From NCBI GenBank assembly GCA_001179505.1, contig CDMY01000342.1:1-64000 (forward strand): a stretch of DNA of 64,000 nt, given 5' to 3'. The translations under genes and the position numbers were made by a program. This document shows positions 13,787-26,879 of the stretch, one piece after another; the first letter of the stretch is position 1, and every line of letters starts with the position of its first letter. The notes under the pieces were generated by a model, which did not search any database, had not been told where the DNA came from, and saw only the letters and a list, made by a program, of their open reading frames with translations. Source of the DNA: Vitrella brassicaformis CCMP3155 (lineage: Eukaryota > Protista > Chromerida).

Positions 13787-16237
13787 ATGATGAATGGCGT
13801 GCGGCAGGAGCACGCGCGAGAGCTTCAACATGATCTTACACGAGGCAAGAGACGAAGATACACACAGAACAGACACCAACAGTACAGGCAGGCCTCCTTC
13901 ACTGTCTGTTCTCGCCTGTCAGATGTCCACGGTTTGACCCAGCAGCTGACGTTGCCCATTGTGTCTGCAAGTCCCCTCCCCCTCCCCCCTCCCCTGCAGC
14001 CGCACCAGCACCAGGAGATGGTCAAGACCGAGCCGACAGACGCAGGCGGCGCTGCTGCCGTCGGCCAGGCCTCCAACCACTCGAGCGGTGACCAAGGTGA
14101 CGAGTACTCCGATGAGGGCACCCCGCAGGAAGCCGCGATGCAGGTGGGCAGTGCTGGGCCGGGGCTATACGGACCGCCACACCCGATGGCCATGGCCATG
14201 GTGAGCGAGGGAGAGAGAGAGACGGTGGGCGACGAATGGAGAGATGCCCCGTGTGGCGGTGCGGTGTGGTGTGGTGTGGTGTGTGCAGCTACAGGTGGGT
14301 TTCAATGCTGCCGTGAGGCGTATCATGGAGCAGGCGTCGGCGGCTGGCGCTCTGTCCAAGAAGCGCAAGCGCAACACCAAGAAGAGGGAGCCGCAGGACC
14401 CAAGAAGCTCCCTCACCATCTCATCCAACGCGGTGAGCGACCCCTCGACAGACTGACGGTCAATCAACACCTGTCTGTCTGTCTGTCTGGATGTCTGGAT
14501 GTGGCGTGTGCGTATGCCTGTGTGTGTGTAATACATATCAGCCCCGGCGCCCCCGCACAGCGTTTCACATCTTCTTCCACGGCAACCTGCGCAAGTGGAA
14601 GGAACAGCACCCCGAGATGGACCTCGTGAAGCTCTCACAGGTGGGTGGCTGGGTGGCTGGCTGGGTGCGTGGGCTGGGCGGCACACAACCAACACACGCA
14701 TTCGCGCATGGATCCTCTCCATTTGACAGTGGTCTGTGATACACATATATCTATCTATGTGTGCAGGAGGCGTCGCGTCAGTGGCGTGACATGACGGACG
14801 AGCAGAAGCGGCCCTACCACGAGGCCAAGAAGGAAGAGGAGGCCACCTACCAGAAGGAACTCGCAGTCTTCGAAGAGGCCCAGCGACTGCACGCACAACA
14901 GGTTCGTAGGCAGACACGACACACAACACAACGGACACACACCAACACGCATAACCTCTGGTCCTGTGTTTGCGGCCGATCAGATGGGCTTCATATATCC
15001 GCCTGGCCTCCACTGTAAGGAGAGAGAGAGAGGGATAGAGAGAGGGAGCACATGTGTCGTCGCTGTACTGGTCAGCACACGTGTGTTTTCTCGTTGTGTG
15101 TGCAGTGGGAGGGGGCGGGAGGGGCGGGGGCGGGTACTTGGACATGCCTAACACCTTGTGGAAGTGTAAGCAGCGATGGATGGATGGATGGATGGACAGA
15201 CAGACAGACAGACAGATGGACGCACAAACAAACGCGCTCATGGCCCTGTGTGTGGATGGCTGTGTGTGTATAGGTGATATGGGACCCCCGCCTGCCTGGA
15301 CGCCTGAGCCCTACGTGCAGCGCTGGGGCCAGATGGAGCGCATTCTCCGTAAGCTCTTTTTACAACCACTATAGGACGACACACCTCGGGTGGATGATCT
15401 CTCCCCGATGCTGGTGTGTGTGGCGCTGTCTGTTTCCTGCAGAGGCCAAGGATGTCGAGACGGTGGACAAGGGCCGCAACACTGTCCAGCTTCACGAGCA
15501 GATGCGGGTGCGTGCAGAGGGCGGAGAGAGACGAGGCGATGACACTGCCTGCACACACACCAGCACACAAAAGCTTCGTGTCTTCCTCTCTCTTTGTGTT
15601 TGTTGTGTGCAGGTTTACCAGGTGCAGCTCACAGGTACGCTAAGAGAGACGGGCACCTTCCTACCATGTGTGTGTATGTGTTGTGTCTGTGTGTTGGTTC
15701 AGATCGCAAGACCAAGATGCTTGAGCGTCTGAGGGACTGCGAGGCGGCCCTGGACAAGTACTACTACCCCATCTTCCATCGCATTCTCACCGCCACAGAC
15801 GAAAAGGAACTGCTGTACGCGACATACACATACACAGTGTACCCAACGCACACGGCCTTATTTATGTGTCGTGTGTGCGTGTGTGGTGGTGTGTGCGCGC
15901 TTGGGTGTGTGGGTGGGTGCAGTGCGTGGGCGGCAGTGTTCAATCCCCCCGACCCGGAGCATAAAAAGATGGCCATTGAGGTCCGTGGTTCACCGACAAA
16001 GCGACCAGCTGAAAGCACCAGAGCGTCGCATATGGTCTCTCTGGCGTTGGCTGTCACCTTCCACCCACAGATGCAGTTCGTGCCGTGCAACGAGGAGGAG
16101 GTGGTAAGCCACTCACCGACACACGCACGCGCGTGCCCACGGTGGATCGATTTGCCCTCTCTGTCTGCCTATGTCAGGCTCGTCGGTTGCTGCAGCGGCT
16201 CTTGTCAGTGGCGGGCAACCAGCAGACATTCGCATGA
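13787..16237 (+). CDS. HMG-box protein, multi-exon (start codon uncertain)
   Basis: KKREPQDP...PRRPRTAFHIFFHGNLRKWKEQHPEMDLVKLSQ-EASRQWRDMTDEQKRPYHEAKKEEEATYQKELAVF is a canonical HMG box; downstream exons end ...AGNQQTFA* at 16237. Confidence 0.8.
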
Positions 16238-16659
16238 CGCACGCAGGTCGTGACCAACTCGTGTGCAGACGTACGTGAGGTTGATTGATGAGTGGATGGA
16301 TGGACGGGTGTGTATAGAGATGGGCGGGCGAGCGGTGCAGTGGATGGACACAGTGCATGTGGAGAGGACATCGTTGAGGCAAGATGTGTACAGCTAGACA
16401 CACAATGAAGGAATGGATGAATGGATGGATGGATGAGTGCGTGAAGCGGTCACATACAAACAGTGTCTTCTCTGTCTGCGATTTGAGCGTCGACGGACGA
16501 TGCTGTGCAGGGTGTGTGTGTGTGTTTGTCTGCACGGGCATACGACTGACTGGTCCATCCGACCGAGGTCTGCGTGTCTGGAATGGGTGGGCCAGGAGCG
16601 CTGCAAGAAAGGCATGCAGGCAGGCATGAACACACACACATCGACACACACAGAGAGAG

Positions 16660-17706
16660 AGAGAGAGGCACATGCGCAGTGCACGCCCCCTCCCTCCCTC
16701 CCTCTCTGCACACACAGCCCACCCCTGCGCACATCCGTGTGTGGCAAGGTGCCTGCCTGCCTGCTGCGCACTCCTGCACACCAACCGCATTCACGAAATT
16801 CGCAAACCCTACACATCACAATTAGGGTTTAGGGTGTGGGGTTTCCAGCCCTGCGAGCTCAGACGTGCTGGGGAAAGGCACGCGCATAGATCGCGGCAGA
16901 TCTCCGCAGAGAGGGAGGCTCACAGGAAGGCCATACACGCAGTCAGGAGCAGCCAGAATATCAAACAAGCTGACATCTCTCTCTGTGTCCGTGTCTGTCT
17001 GTGTGTGCAGGTCGAGATGGCGTGCTGTGCCAAGACCCCGAGGCTCGTTTGGCTGTCAGAGGATTGCTCTCGATGAAGGCTTTGCGCTATGCTGCAGCTG
17101 GCGGCTGCTCACGGCGGGTGCGATCACAGACATACTCGTTTGTCTGGGGTGTTGTGATGTGACCCATGTGCAGCTCAGCAGCGAGCCGTGTGCAGGAGAT
17201 TTCCGGCACCATCTTATTGACCGGGGCATCCAGCCTAACACGCACAGCCAGCCGTCGAGCGATGCTCTGTGAGGTCCGTCTGACTGACCCCGTCCCTCCC
17301 CTCTGTATGTGAGTGTCATCTCTGCAGGCCCGTAAGTCTTTCGCTCTGTGTGCGCTGCCCGGCCCATCCAACACACGCATCTGGTGCACCCTTGAGTGGG
17401 CTACACAGGTGCCAAGAGAGAGGAGCAGGTCAGCACAACCTGACGACGCTGCAAGACCGAACAAAAATGTCACCATTTTGCCATTTTTGACCGTAGGATG
17501 ACCATTGATGGCCACCTGTAGGCCGACATACGACGGATAGACAAGAACCAAGACCACTCCTGGGTGCGCATACCTTCAAAATGACCTATTTGTTGTGCGC
17601 GACTTTTTTTCTCGGACGTACTTGGCCCAGTGGGTGGGCAATCAATCTACCCCCAGTTACACCCTCTCTCTCTCTCTCTCTCTTCCCTTATTCATAGCAT
17701 CCCCCC
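16660..17706 (+). pseudogene. Calpain-like fragment repeat, copy C1, with telo-box pair
   Basis: Shared blocks SRWRAVPRPRGSFGCQRIALDEGFA, GPSNTRIWCTLEWATQVPRER and MTIDGHL*; in-frame TAG at 17519-17521; TTAGGGTTTAGGG at 16822-16834. Confidence 0.6.
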
Positions 17707-18006
17707 NNNNNNNNNNNNNNNNNNNNNNNNNNNNNNNNNNNNNNNNNNNNNNNNNNNNNNNNNNNNNNNNNNNNNNNNNNNNNNNNNNNNNNNNNNNNNN
17801 NNNNNNNNNNNNNNNNNNNNNNNNNNNNNNNNNNNNNNNNNNNNNNNNNNNNNNNNNNNNNNNNNNNNNNNNNNNNNNNNNNNNNNNNNNNNNNNNNNNN
17901 NNNNNNNNNNNNNNNNNNNNNNNNNNNNNNNNNNNNNNNNNNNNNNNNNNNNNNNNNNNNNNNNNNNNNNNNNNNNNNNNNNNNNNNNNNNNNNNNNNNN
18001 NNNNNN
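17707..18006. other. Assembly gap, 300 N (also 20245-20544, 24750-25049, 26578-26877, 29006-29305, 46674-46973)
   Basis: Six runs of exactly 300 N, i.e. fixed-size placeholders; five fall inside the duplicated 17.7-29.3 kb region. Confidence 0.98.
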
Positions 18007-18297
18007 TTTGACCGTAGGATGACCATTGACGGCCACCTGTAGGCCCACAGACGACTGATAGACCTATTCTGTGAGTGCCTGTGGCCTGGTGCGAAAAGCA
18101 TCAAACTGACCTATTTGTGCGCGACTTCTTTTCTCTGACAAAGTACTTCGCCCGGTGGGTGGGCAGTCAATCAATAAGCTACCCCAAGGTACGTACGAAG
18201 GTACACCCTCCACACCCCCCCTCTCTCTCTCTCTCTGTGTGTGTGTGTATGTGTTGTGTCTGTGTGTGTGTGTGTCTGTGTCTGTGTGTTGGTTCAG

Positions 18298-18832
18298 ATC
18301 GCAAGACCAAGATGCTTGAGCGTCTGAGGGACTGCGAGGCGGCCCTGGACAAGTACTACTACCCCATCTTCCATCGCATTCTCACCGCCACAGACGAAAA
18401 GGGACTGCTGTACGCGACATACACATACACAGTGTACCCAACGCACACGGCCTTATTTATGTGTCGTGTGTGCGTGTGTGGTGGTGTGTGCGCGCTTGGG
18501 TGTGTGGGTGGGTGCAATGCGTGGGCGGCAGTGTTCAATCCCCCCGACCCGGAGCATAAAAAGATGGCCATTGAGGTCCGTGGGTCGCCGAGAAAGCGAC
18601 CAGCTGAAAGCACCAGGGTGTCGCATATGGTCTCTCTGTCGTTGGCTGTCACCTTCCACCCACAGATGCAGTTCGTGCCGTGCAACGAGGAGGAGGTGGT
18701 AAGCCACTCACCGACACACGCACGCGCGTGCCCACGGTGGATCGATTTGCCCTCTCTGTCTGCCTATGTCAGGCTCGTCGGTTGCTGCAGCGGCTCTTGT
18801 CAGTGGCGGGCAACCAGCAGACATTCGCATGA
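18298..18832 (+). pseudogene. Duplicated last four exons of the HMG-box gene, without its 5' exons
   Basis: DRKTKMLERLRDCEAALDKYYYPIFHRILTATDEK(G/E)LL...AGNQQTFA* repeats 15702-16237 at an offset of about 2.6 kb, with scattered substitutions. Confidence 0.8.
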
Positions 18833-19294
18833 CGCACGCAGGTCGTGACCAGCTCGTGTGCAGACGTACGTGAGGTTGATTGATGAGTGGATGGATGGAC
18901 GGGTGTGTATAGAGATGGGCGGGCGAGCGGTGCAGTGGATGGACACAGTGCATGTGGAGAGGACATTGTTGAGGCAAGATGTGTACAGCTAGACACACAC
19001 ACAATGGATGGATGGATGGATGAGTGCGTGAGCCCGGTCGGTCACATACAAACAGTGTCTTCTCTCTCTGCGATTTGAGTGTCGACGGACGATGCTGTGC
19101 AGGGTGTGTGTGTGTTTGTCTGTCTGCACGGGCATACGACTGACTGGTCCATCCGACCGAGGTCTGCGTGTCTGGAATGAGTGGGCCAGGAGCGCTGCAA
19201 GAAAGGCATGCAGGCAGGCATGAACACACACACACACATCGACACACACATCGACACACACATCGACACACACACACACACACACAGAGAGAGG

Positions 19295-20244
19295 GAGAGA
19301 GGCACATGCGCAGTGCACGCCCCCTCCCTCCCTCCCTCTCTCTCTGCACACACAGCCCACCCCTGCGCACATCCGTGTGTGGCAAGGTGCCTGCCTGCCT
19401 GCTGCGCACTCCTGCACACCAACCGCATTCACGAAATTCGCAAACCCTACACATCATAATTAGGGTTTAGGGTGTGGGGTTTCCAGCCCTGCGAGCTCAG
19501 ACGTGCTGGGGAAAGGCACGCGCCCAAACCGCGGCAGATCTCCGCAGAGAGGGAGGCTCACAGGAAGGCCATACACGCAGTCAGGAGCAGCCAGAATATC
19601 AAACAAGCTGACACATCTCTCTCTGTGTCCGTGTCTGTCTGTGTGTGCAGGTCGAGATGGCGTGCTGTGCCAAGACCCGGAGGCTCATTCGGGTGCCAGA
19701 GGATTGCTCTCGATGAAGGCTTTGCTATGCTGCAGCTGGCCGCTGCGAAACGGCGCCTTGGCGTGCACTCCCAGACATCGTTCTGTGCATGGGGTGTCGT
19801 GACCATGTGCAGCGCAGCCACGATTGAGTCTCCGGGAGATTTCCGACCATCAGCTTATTGACCAGGGCATCCAGCCCGACACGCACAGCCGTCGAGCGGT
19901 GCTCTGTGAGGTCCGTCTGACTGACCCCCTCCCTCCCCTCTGTATGTGAGGGTCATCTCTGCAGGCCCGTGGTTCGCTCTGTGGGTAAGGCCCGGCCCAT
20001 CCAACACATGGATCTGGTGCACCCTTGAGTGGGCTACACAGGTGCCGAGAGAGAGGGGCAGGTCAGCAAAACTGACGACGCTACGCAACCGCAAAAAAAT
20101 GTCACCATTTTGCCATTTTTGACCGTAGGATGACCATTGACGGCCACCTGTAGGCCCACATACGACTGATAGACCTATTCTGTGAGTGCCTGTGGCCTGG
20201 TGCGAAAAGCATCAAACTGACCTATTTGTGCGCGACTTCTTTTC
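19295..20244 (+). pseudogene. Calpain-like fragment repeat, copy C3
   Basis: Same blocks as C1; telo-box pair at 19442-19468; in-frame TAG at 20151-20153. Confidence 0.6.
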
Positions 20245-20564
20245 NNNNNNNNNNNNNNNNNNNNNNNNNNNNNNNNNNNNNNNNNNNNNNNNNNNNNNNN
20301 NNNNNNNNNNNNNNNNNNNNNNNNNNNNNNNNNNNNNNNNNNNNNNNNNNNNNNNNNNNNNNNNNNNNNNNNNNNNNNNNNNNNNNNNNNNNNNNNNNNN
20401 NNNNNNNNNNNNNNNNNNNNNNNNNNNNNNNNNNNNNNNNNNNNNNNNNNNNNNNNNNNNNNNNNNNNNNNNNNNNNNNNNNNNNNNNNNNNNNNNNNNN
20501 NNNNNNNNNNNNNNNNNNNNNNNNNNNNNNNNNNNNNNNNNNNNGGCCTACTGGTGGGTGCCGT

Positions 20565-21190
20565 GCGCGCGCTGCAGGCTTTTCCGTTGTCCATCATGTG
20601 GTTATTTTTCGGTGATGCGCATTCTTGCACTCATTGACTAGCAGTCGGTCGGTCGGTTGTCTGCTGTGCTGTTCCGTTAAGTAAGGGCGCATCCGGGCAA
20701 ACTGCCTGCCTGCCTGCCTGCCTGCCTGCAAAGCAAGAGAGTAGCCCTCCTGTCAATCCTACACATAGGATGCTATGCTGTGCATGCCATCATGATTGGC
20801 ACATAGGGCTGTGCTGTGTCTGAGAGAGATGCGATTTGCCGACCGGCAATCAATCGCTGGCGACTGAGTGATCCGTCAATTAGAGCTTATCTATCAGCTG
20901 GATTCTATGCTTTCTGCTTATTTGTGGTCGGTTTCCAGTCAGTGTTGTTATTTTTTCTGTTGGTGGGGGATGGGACCATTGAGTTTGACTGAGCGTGGCT
21001 GTGTGTGTTCTGTGTGCATCACACATGTGAGCCGGGGCCCCACACGCAAGGCCATCCACCCCCTGAGGGCACACACCGCACCGGTTGTCTCTCTGTCTCT
21101 CTCTGTGTCCGTCCATCGGCTTTCGGCCGACTTGACGGGGTCGTGTGTAGAGATGAATACTAAGAGTTAGACTTCATCGTAATGAGTTCT
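20565..21190 (+). repeat. About 630-bp non-coding module, second copy at 22795-23430
   Basis: GTGCGCGCGCTGCAGGCTTTTT...GGTTATTTTTCGGTGATGCGCATTCTTGCACTCATTGAC...AAGAGAGTAGCCCTCCTGTCAATCCTACACAT is shared by both copies, which head tandem units about 2.2 kb long. Confidence 0.85.
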
Positions 21191-22728
21191 GTCTGAGGAC
21201 GCACACCGCCTCGCTCAGTGTTCGTCCTTTCCACTGGGTTCCATCTCGCACCGGTTGACCGCACTAAGCCCATCGATTTCCTTCTGTGCTGCACACCCAC
21301 TTCTCACACACGCAAGGCCATCCGCCCAACCGCCGCACACAGACAGCCCACCACACCAGCAGTCATTCCTGAGCTTTCCAGCCTCAAGCGCTGGACACTC
21401 GTCGAGTTGCGTCAGTCAGACTGCCTGGGTGTGTCTACCACCTGCTGCTGCACACGCGCATTCACGAATTTCGCAAACCCCACGCGTCATTACTGTGCAG
21501 ATGAGCACGGCAGCGACCTTCATGCGCACCTGATTGCAATGGGAAAAAACTTCAGGCGCACCGATCGCCGACTCTGCGAGCTTAGACTGCGAAAGGGACG
21601 CACAAACAGCACAGGACAGATCAGCAGCAGAGAGGCTCACACACGCACACAGGAAGGCCGCACGAGCAGCCAGGGGGAGCCAGGAGGGCAAATAAGCTGA
21701 TATCTCTCTCTCTGTGTCTGTGTGCAGGTCGAGATGGCGTGTTGCGCCAAGGCCCGGAGGCTCCTTAGGGTGTCAGAGGATTGCTCTCGGTGAGGGCTTT
21801 GCTATGTGGCGACTGATTGGCCTCTGCTCACGGCGGCTCGTCTGTGTGGGGTGTTCTGACCCATGTGCAGCTCAGCGAGGCGTGCGTGTGCAGGAAATTC
21901 CTGAGCACCAGATTGGCCGCAGCATCCAGCCAGACACGCACAGTCGTCGAGCGGTGCTCTCAGAGGCACCTTCTGACTGACTCCCTCCCTCCCCTCTGTG
22001 TGTGAGTGTCATCTCTGCAGGCACACCACACCATCTGTGTGTGCGGCCCGGCCCATTCAACACACGAGTCGGATGCATCACTGAGTTGGTCAGACAGGTG
22101 CCAAGAGAGAGGGGCAGGTCAGCAAAACTGACGACGCTACGCAACCGAACAAAAATGTCACCATTTTGCCATTTTTGACCGTAGGATGACCCTTGACGGC
22201 CACCTGTAGGCCCACATACGACTGATAGACAAGAACCAAGACCACCCAGGGTTAGTGCGAAAACATATGGAACCAACCTTTTATAACCGACTTCTTCTTT
22301 CTGTGTGTGTGGGGGGTGTGCGTGTGTATAGGTATAGGTACGGCGGTCAGATTATGGGTGCCAGCCAGCGGCTCTTTCTTGTGGAGTTGGATCAGCCCAC
22401 CCACTTGGATGTGACCTACCACAACAGCAAGAGCAAGCAGCACACGGGCGTGTTTGTGTATCGTGGCTGTGAGACGGGCATGGCCAGGGAGCCGTCCGTC
22501 TGGCGGGGGGAGATCTGGCACGACCAAACAAGAGGCATCAACACGCTGCCCATCTACATCCCTGAGGCGGGCTTCTATGCCGTGTTGTGAGTAACATTTG
22601 TGAGATCGGCTTTGAGACGGACATCACCATCACGTGCCCTGATGATGGCGGCTCTGGCTCTGGCGGGATAATCGTGAGCGTGCAGTCGGCAGATGACGGC
22701 TTCTTGAATGGGGACAACACATGACAGG
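21190..22728 (+). pseudogene. Calpain-like (domain III/C2L-like) pseudogene, copy C4, most complete
   Basis: Exons link as ...VPRERGR-MTLDGHL*AHIRLIDKNQDHPG-YGGQIMGASQRLFLVELDQPTHLDVTYHNSKSKQHTGVFVYRG...IYIPEAGFYAVL. TAG at 22207-22209; an apparent 1-nt deletion at about 22587 (restoring it gives VSNICEIGFETDITIT). Family call is from loose motif resemblance only. Confidence 0.5.
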
Positions 22729-23429
22729 AGAGTCGTGTGAAGGTGGGGGCATTCATCGTGTGTGTTGGCGTGATTCATTCATGTGGGCGAGGAGCCAACT
22801 GGTGGGGGCCGTGCGCGCGCTGCAGGCTTTTTCGTTGTCAATCACGTGGTTATTTTTCGGTGATGCGCATTCTTGCACTCATTGACTGTCAGTCGGTCGG
22901 TCGGTCGGTTGTCGGCTGTGCTGTTCCGTTAGGAAAGGGCGTATCCGGGCAAATTGCCTGCCTGCCTGCAAAGCAAGAGAGTAGCCCTCCTGTCAATCCT
23001 ACACATCCGATGCTATGCTATGCTGTGCATGCCATCATGATTGGCACATAGGGCTGTGCTGTGTCTGAGAGAGATGCGATTCGCCGGCCTGCAATCATTA
23101 ATCGCTGGCTCCGTCAATTAGAGCTTATTTATCAGCTTATTCTATGGAACGAACACCTTTCTGTTTATATATTTGTGGTCGTTTTCCAGTCAGTGTTGGT
23201 ATTGTTGTGTTGGTGGGGGATGGGACGAGTGACTTTGACTGAGCGTGTCTGTGTGTGTTCTCTGCGTGTGTGTTATCGCATCACATGCGAGCCCCCCACA
23301 CGCAAGGCCGTCCGCCCCCTGAAGGCACACAACACACCGGTTGTCTCTCTGTCTCTCTCTGTGTCCGTCCATGGGCTTTTGGCCGACTAACTTGGCGGGG
23401 TCGTGTAGACATGAATGAGTACTAAGAAT

Positions 23430-24749
23430 TAGACTTCATCGTAATGAGTTCTGTCTGCGGACGCACACCGCCTCGCCATGTATTCGTCCTTTCCACTGGT
23501 TCCATCTCGCACCAGTTGACCGCACTAAGCCCACCGATTTCCTTCTGTGCTGCACACCCACTTCTCACACACGCCAGGCCATCCGCCCAACCGCCGCACA
23601 CAGACAGCCCACCACACCAGCAGTCATTCCTGAGCTTTCCAGCCTCAAGCGCTGGACACTCATCGAGTTGCGTCCGTCAGACTGCCTGGGTGTGTCTACC
23701 ACCTGCTGCTGCACACGCGCATTCACGAATTTCGCAAACCCCACGCGTCATTACTGTGCAGATGAGCACGGCAGCGACCTTCATGCGCACCTGATTGCAA
23801 TGGGAAAAACTTCAGGCGCACCGATCGCCGACTCTGCGAGCTTAGAGTGCGAAAGGGACGCACAACAGCACACCACAGACCAGCAGCAGAGAGGCTCACA
23901 CACGCACACAGGAAGGCCACACGCGCAGCCAGGGGGAGCCAGAAGGGCAAATAAGCTGACATCTCTCTCTCTTTGTGTCTGTGTCTGTGTGTGCAGGTCG
24001 AGATGGCGTGTTGCGCCAAGGCCCGAGGGCTCCTTAGGGTGTCAGAGGATTGCTCTCGATGAGGGCTTTGCTATGTGCTCACTGATTGGCCTCTGCTCAC
24101 GGCGGCTCGTCTGTGTGGGGTGTTCTGACCCATGTGCAGCTCAGCGAGGCGTGCGTGTGCGGGGGATTCCTGGGCGGCAGATTGACCGGGGCATCCAGCC
24201 CGGCACGCACAGCCGTCGAGCGGTGCTCTCAGAGGCACTTTCTGACTGACCCCCTTCCTCCCCTCTGTGCGCGACTGTCATCTCTGCAGGCACTTCTTTC
24301 GCTGTGGGTATTGCCCGGCCCATCCAAAACATGGATCAAGTGCATCACTGAGTTGGTCAGACAGGTGCCAAGAGAGAGGGGCAGGTCAGCAAAACTGACG
24401 ACGCTACGCAACCGAACAAAAATGTCACCATTTTGCCATTTTTGACCGTAGGATGACCCTTGACGGCCACCTGTAGGCCCACATACGACTGATAGACAAG
24501 AACCAAGACCACCACTGGGTTAGTGCGAAAACCATGAAAATGACCCTTTATAACCGACTTCTTCTTTCTCTGTGTGTGTGGGGTGTGTGTGTATAGGTAT
24601 AGGTACGGCGGTCAGATTATGGGTGCCAGCCAGCGCCTCTTTCTTGTGGAGTTGGATCAGCCCACCCACTTGGATGTGACCTACCACAACAGCAAGAGCA
24701 AGCAGCACACGGGCGTGTTTGTGTATCGTGGCTGTGAGACGGGCATGGC
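23430..24749 (+). pseudogene. Calpain-like pseudogene, copy C5, truncated by a gap
   Basis: Near-copy of C4 including YGGQIMGASQRLFLVELDQPTHLDVTYHNSKSKQHTGVFVYRGCETGM; TAG at 24474-24476. Confidence 0.55.
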
Positions 24750-25090
24750 NNNNNNNNNNNNNNNNNNNNNNNNNNNNNNNNNNNNNNNNNNNNNNNNNNN
24801 NNNNNNNNNNNNNNNNNNNNNNNNNNNNNNNNNNNNNNNNNNNNNNNNNNNNNNNNNNNNNNNNNNNNNNNNNNNNNNNNNNNNNNNNNNNNNNNNNNNN
24901 NNNNNNNNNNNNNNNNNNNNNNNNNNNNNNNNNNNNNNNNNNNNNNNNNNNNNNNNNNNNNNNNNNNNNNNNNNNNNNNNNNNNNNNNNNNNNNNNNNNN
25001 NNNNNNNNNNNNNNNNNNNNNNNNNNNNNNNNNNNNNNNNNNNNNNNNNGCTTCATTCATTCATCTGTGTGTGTTGGTTCTGTCCACCAG

Positions 25091-25533
25091 ATGGAGGAGG
25101 TCTTCAAGCACCAAAGCAGGAAATTCATCCATGCCATCGAGAAGTCAGGTGGGCACGCCGTCTGTCGGTGCGCCTGCAGGCACTGCATGTCGATGTATTT
25201 CTGTGTGTGTGTGTGTGTGTGTGTGGTCATCCACACACAGGTGCCCTGCTGCCTCCCGAGGTTGTCTCCACAGCGGCTGTGGAGGCCGTCAAGAACAAAT
25301 CGCTGGTGAGTCGGGCCCGAACCAGTGTGTGTCGCTTTATTTCCTTGCCCTTATGTGACTGTCAGCCGAGTGGTCTGGTGATACGAGTGACACCCCAGCT
25401 GGGCATCGACTTTGCCCGGCTGCCTGGGAGCCCCTTTGCACAGCCGGTGGTGCCGGCGTCACTCAAGGCCTACAGCGAGAGGCTGGTGGCGAAGATCAAG
25501 GAGAGGGACCAGAAGATCGCCGCCAAGCTGTGA
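25091..25533 (+). CDS. Three terminal exons of an unidentified gene (5' part missing or in the gap)
   Basis: GT-AG splicing gives MEEVFKHQSRKFIHAIEKS-GALLPPEVVSTAAVEAVKNKSL-LGIDFARLPGSPFAQPVVPASLKAYSERLVAKIKERDQKIAAKL* with coding-like codon usage. Confidence 0.65.
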
Positions 25534-25729
25534 GGGCGTCTGTGTGGCTGCCGTCTGCACAATGATTGGACGACGCTAGAGTCAGACGCTATTTTTGTGA
25601 GAAGGACTTGAGTTTGTCGTGTGTGGACTCAATAGCTTTGAGTCGGCATTGCGGTTGACATCCAAGTATCTGTGTGTCTTTTGTCTCAGCGCTCCTTGAT
25701 GGACACCACACACACACACACACACACAG

Positions 25730-26577
25730 AGAGAGAGGCACATGCGCAGTGCACGCCCCCTCCCTCCCTCCCTCTCTGCACACACAGCCCACCCCTGCGC
25801 ACATCCGTGTGTGGGAAGGTGCCTGCCTGTCTGCTGCGCACTCCTGCACACGCGCATTCACGAAATTCGCAAACCTTAGATGAGCGCATCAGCCGCCGCC
25901 CCTGTGGCCCCCTTGCAATGGAGAAAGCCCTCAAAATCAGAGAGTATAGGGTTTAGGGTTTAGGGTTGCGAGCTTAGACGCGCTGGGGAAGGGACCGTCT
26001 TCAAATCAAATCGCACAGATCTCCGCAGAGAGGCTCACAGGAAGGCCATTCACGCAGTCAGGAGCAGCCAGAATATCAAACAAGCTGACATTTCTCTCTG
26101 TGTCCGTGTCTGTCTGTGTGTGCAGGCCGAGATGGCGTGCTGTGCCAAGACCCCGAGGCTCGTTTGAATGTCAGAGGATTGCTCTCGATGAAGGCTTTGC
26201 ACTGTGCCGGTTGATGCACAGCGGAACTTCTCTCTGACCACCGTCCCTCTCCCAATTTTGTCCATCTCTGCAGGCCCGTGGTTCGCTCTGTGGGTATTGC
26301 CCGGCCCATTCAACACACGCATCAGATGCACCCTTGAGTTGGCAACACAGGTGCCGAGAGAGAGGGGCAGGTCAGCAAAACTGACGACGCTACGCAACCG
26401 AACAAAAATGTCACCATTTTGGCATTTTTGACCGTAGGATGACCCTTGACGGCCACCTGCAGGCCGACAGACGACTGATAGACAAGAACCAAGACCACTC
26501 CTGGCCTGGTGCGGAAACTGTCAAAACAACCCTTTTATAACCGACTTCTTTTCTCTGACCTACTTGGCCCAGTGGGT
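25730..26577 (+). pseudogene. Calpain-like fragment repeat, copy C6
   Basis: TAGGGTTTAGGGTTTAGGGTT at 25947-25967; the shared exon carries CAG (26460-26462) where other copies have TAG. Confidence 0.6.
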
Positions 26578-26879
26578 NNNNNNNNNNNNNNNNNNNNNNN
26601 NNNNNNNNNNNNNNNNNNNNNNNNNNNNNNNNNNNNNNNNNNNNNNNNNNNNNNNNNNNNNNNNNNNNNNNNNNNNNNNNNNNNNNNNNNNNNNNNNNNN
26701 NNNNNNNNNNNNNNNNNNNNNNNNNNNNNNNNNNNNNNNNNNNNNNNNNNNNNNNNNNNNNNNNNNNNNNNNNNNNNNNNNNNNNNNNNNNNNNNNNNNN
26801 NNNNNNNNNNNNNNNNNNNNNNNNNNNNNNNNNNNNNNNNNNNNNNNNNNNNNNNNNNNNNNNNNNNNNNNNNNNNNTG

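Noticed and set aside
17017-17076. Recurrent 19-codon sORF MACCAKTPRLVWLSEDCSR in the repeat copies
   Set aside because: Substitutions are mostly synonymous in the other frame (SRWRAVPR...GCQRIALDEG) and mostly non-synonymous in this one, and copies C6/C7 have a premature stop; it is a shadow frame.
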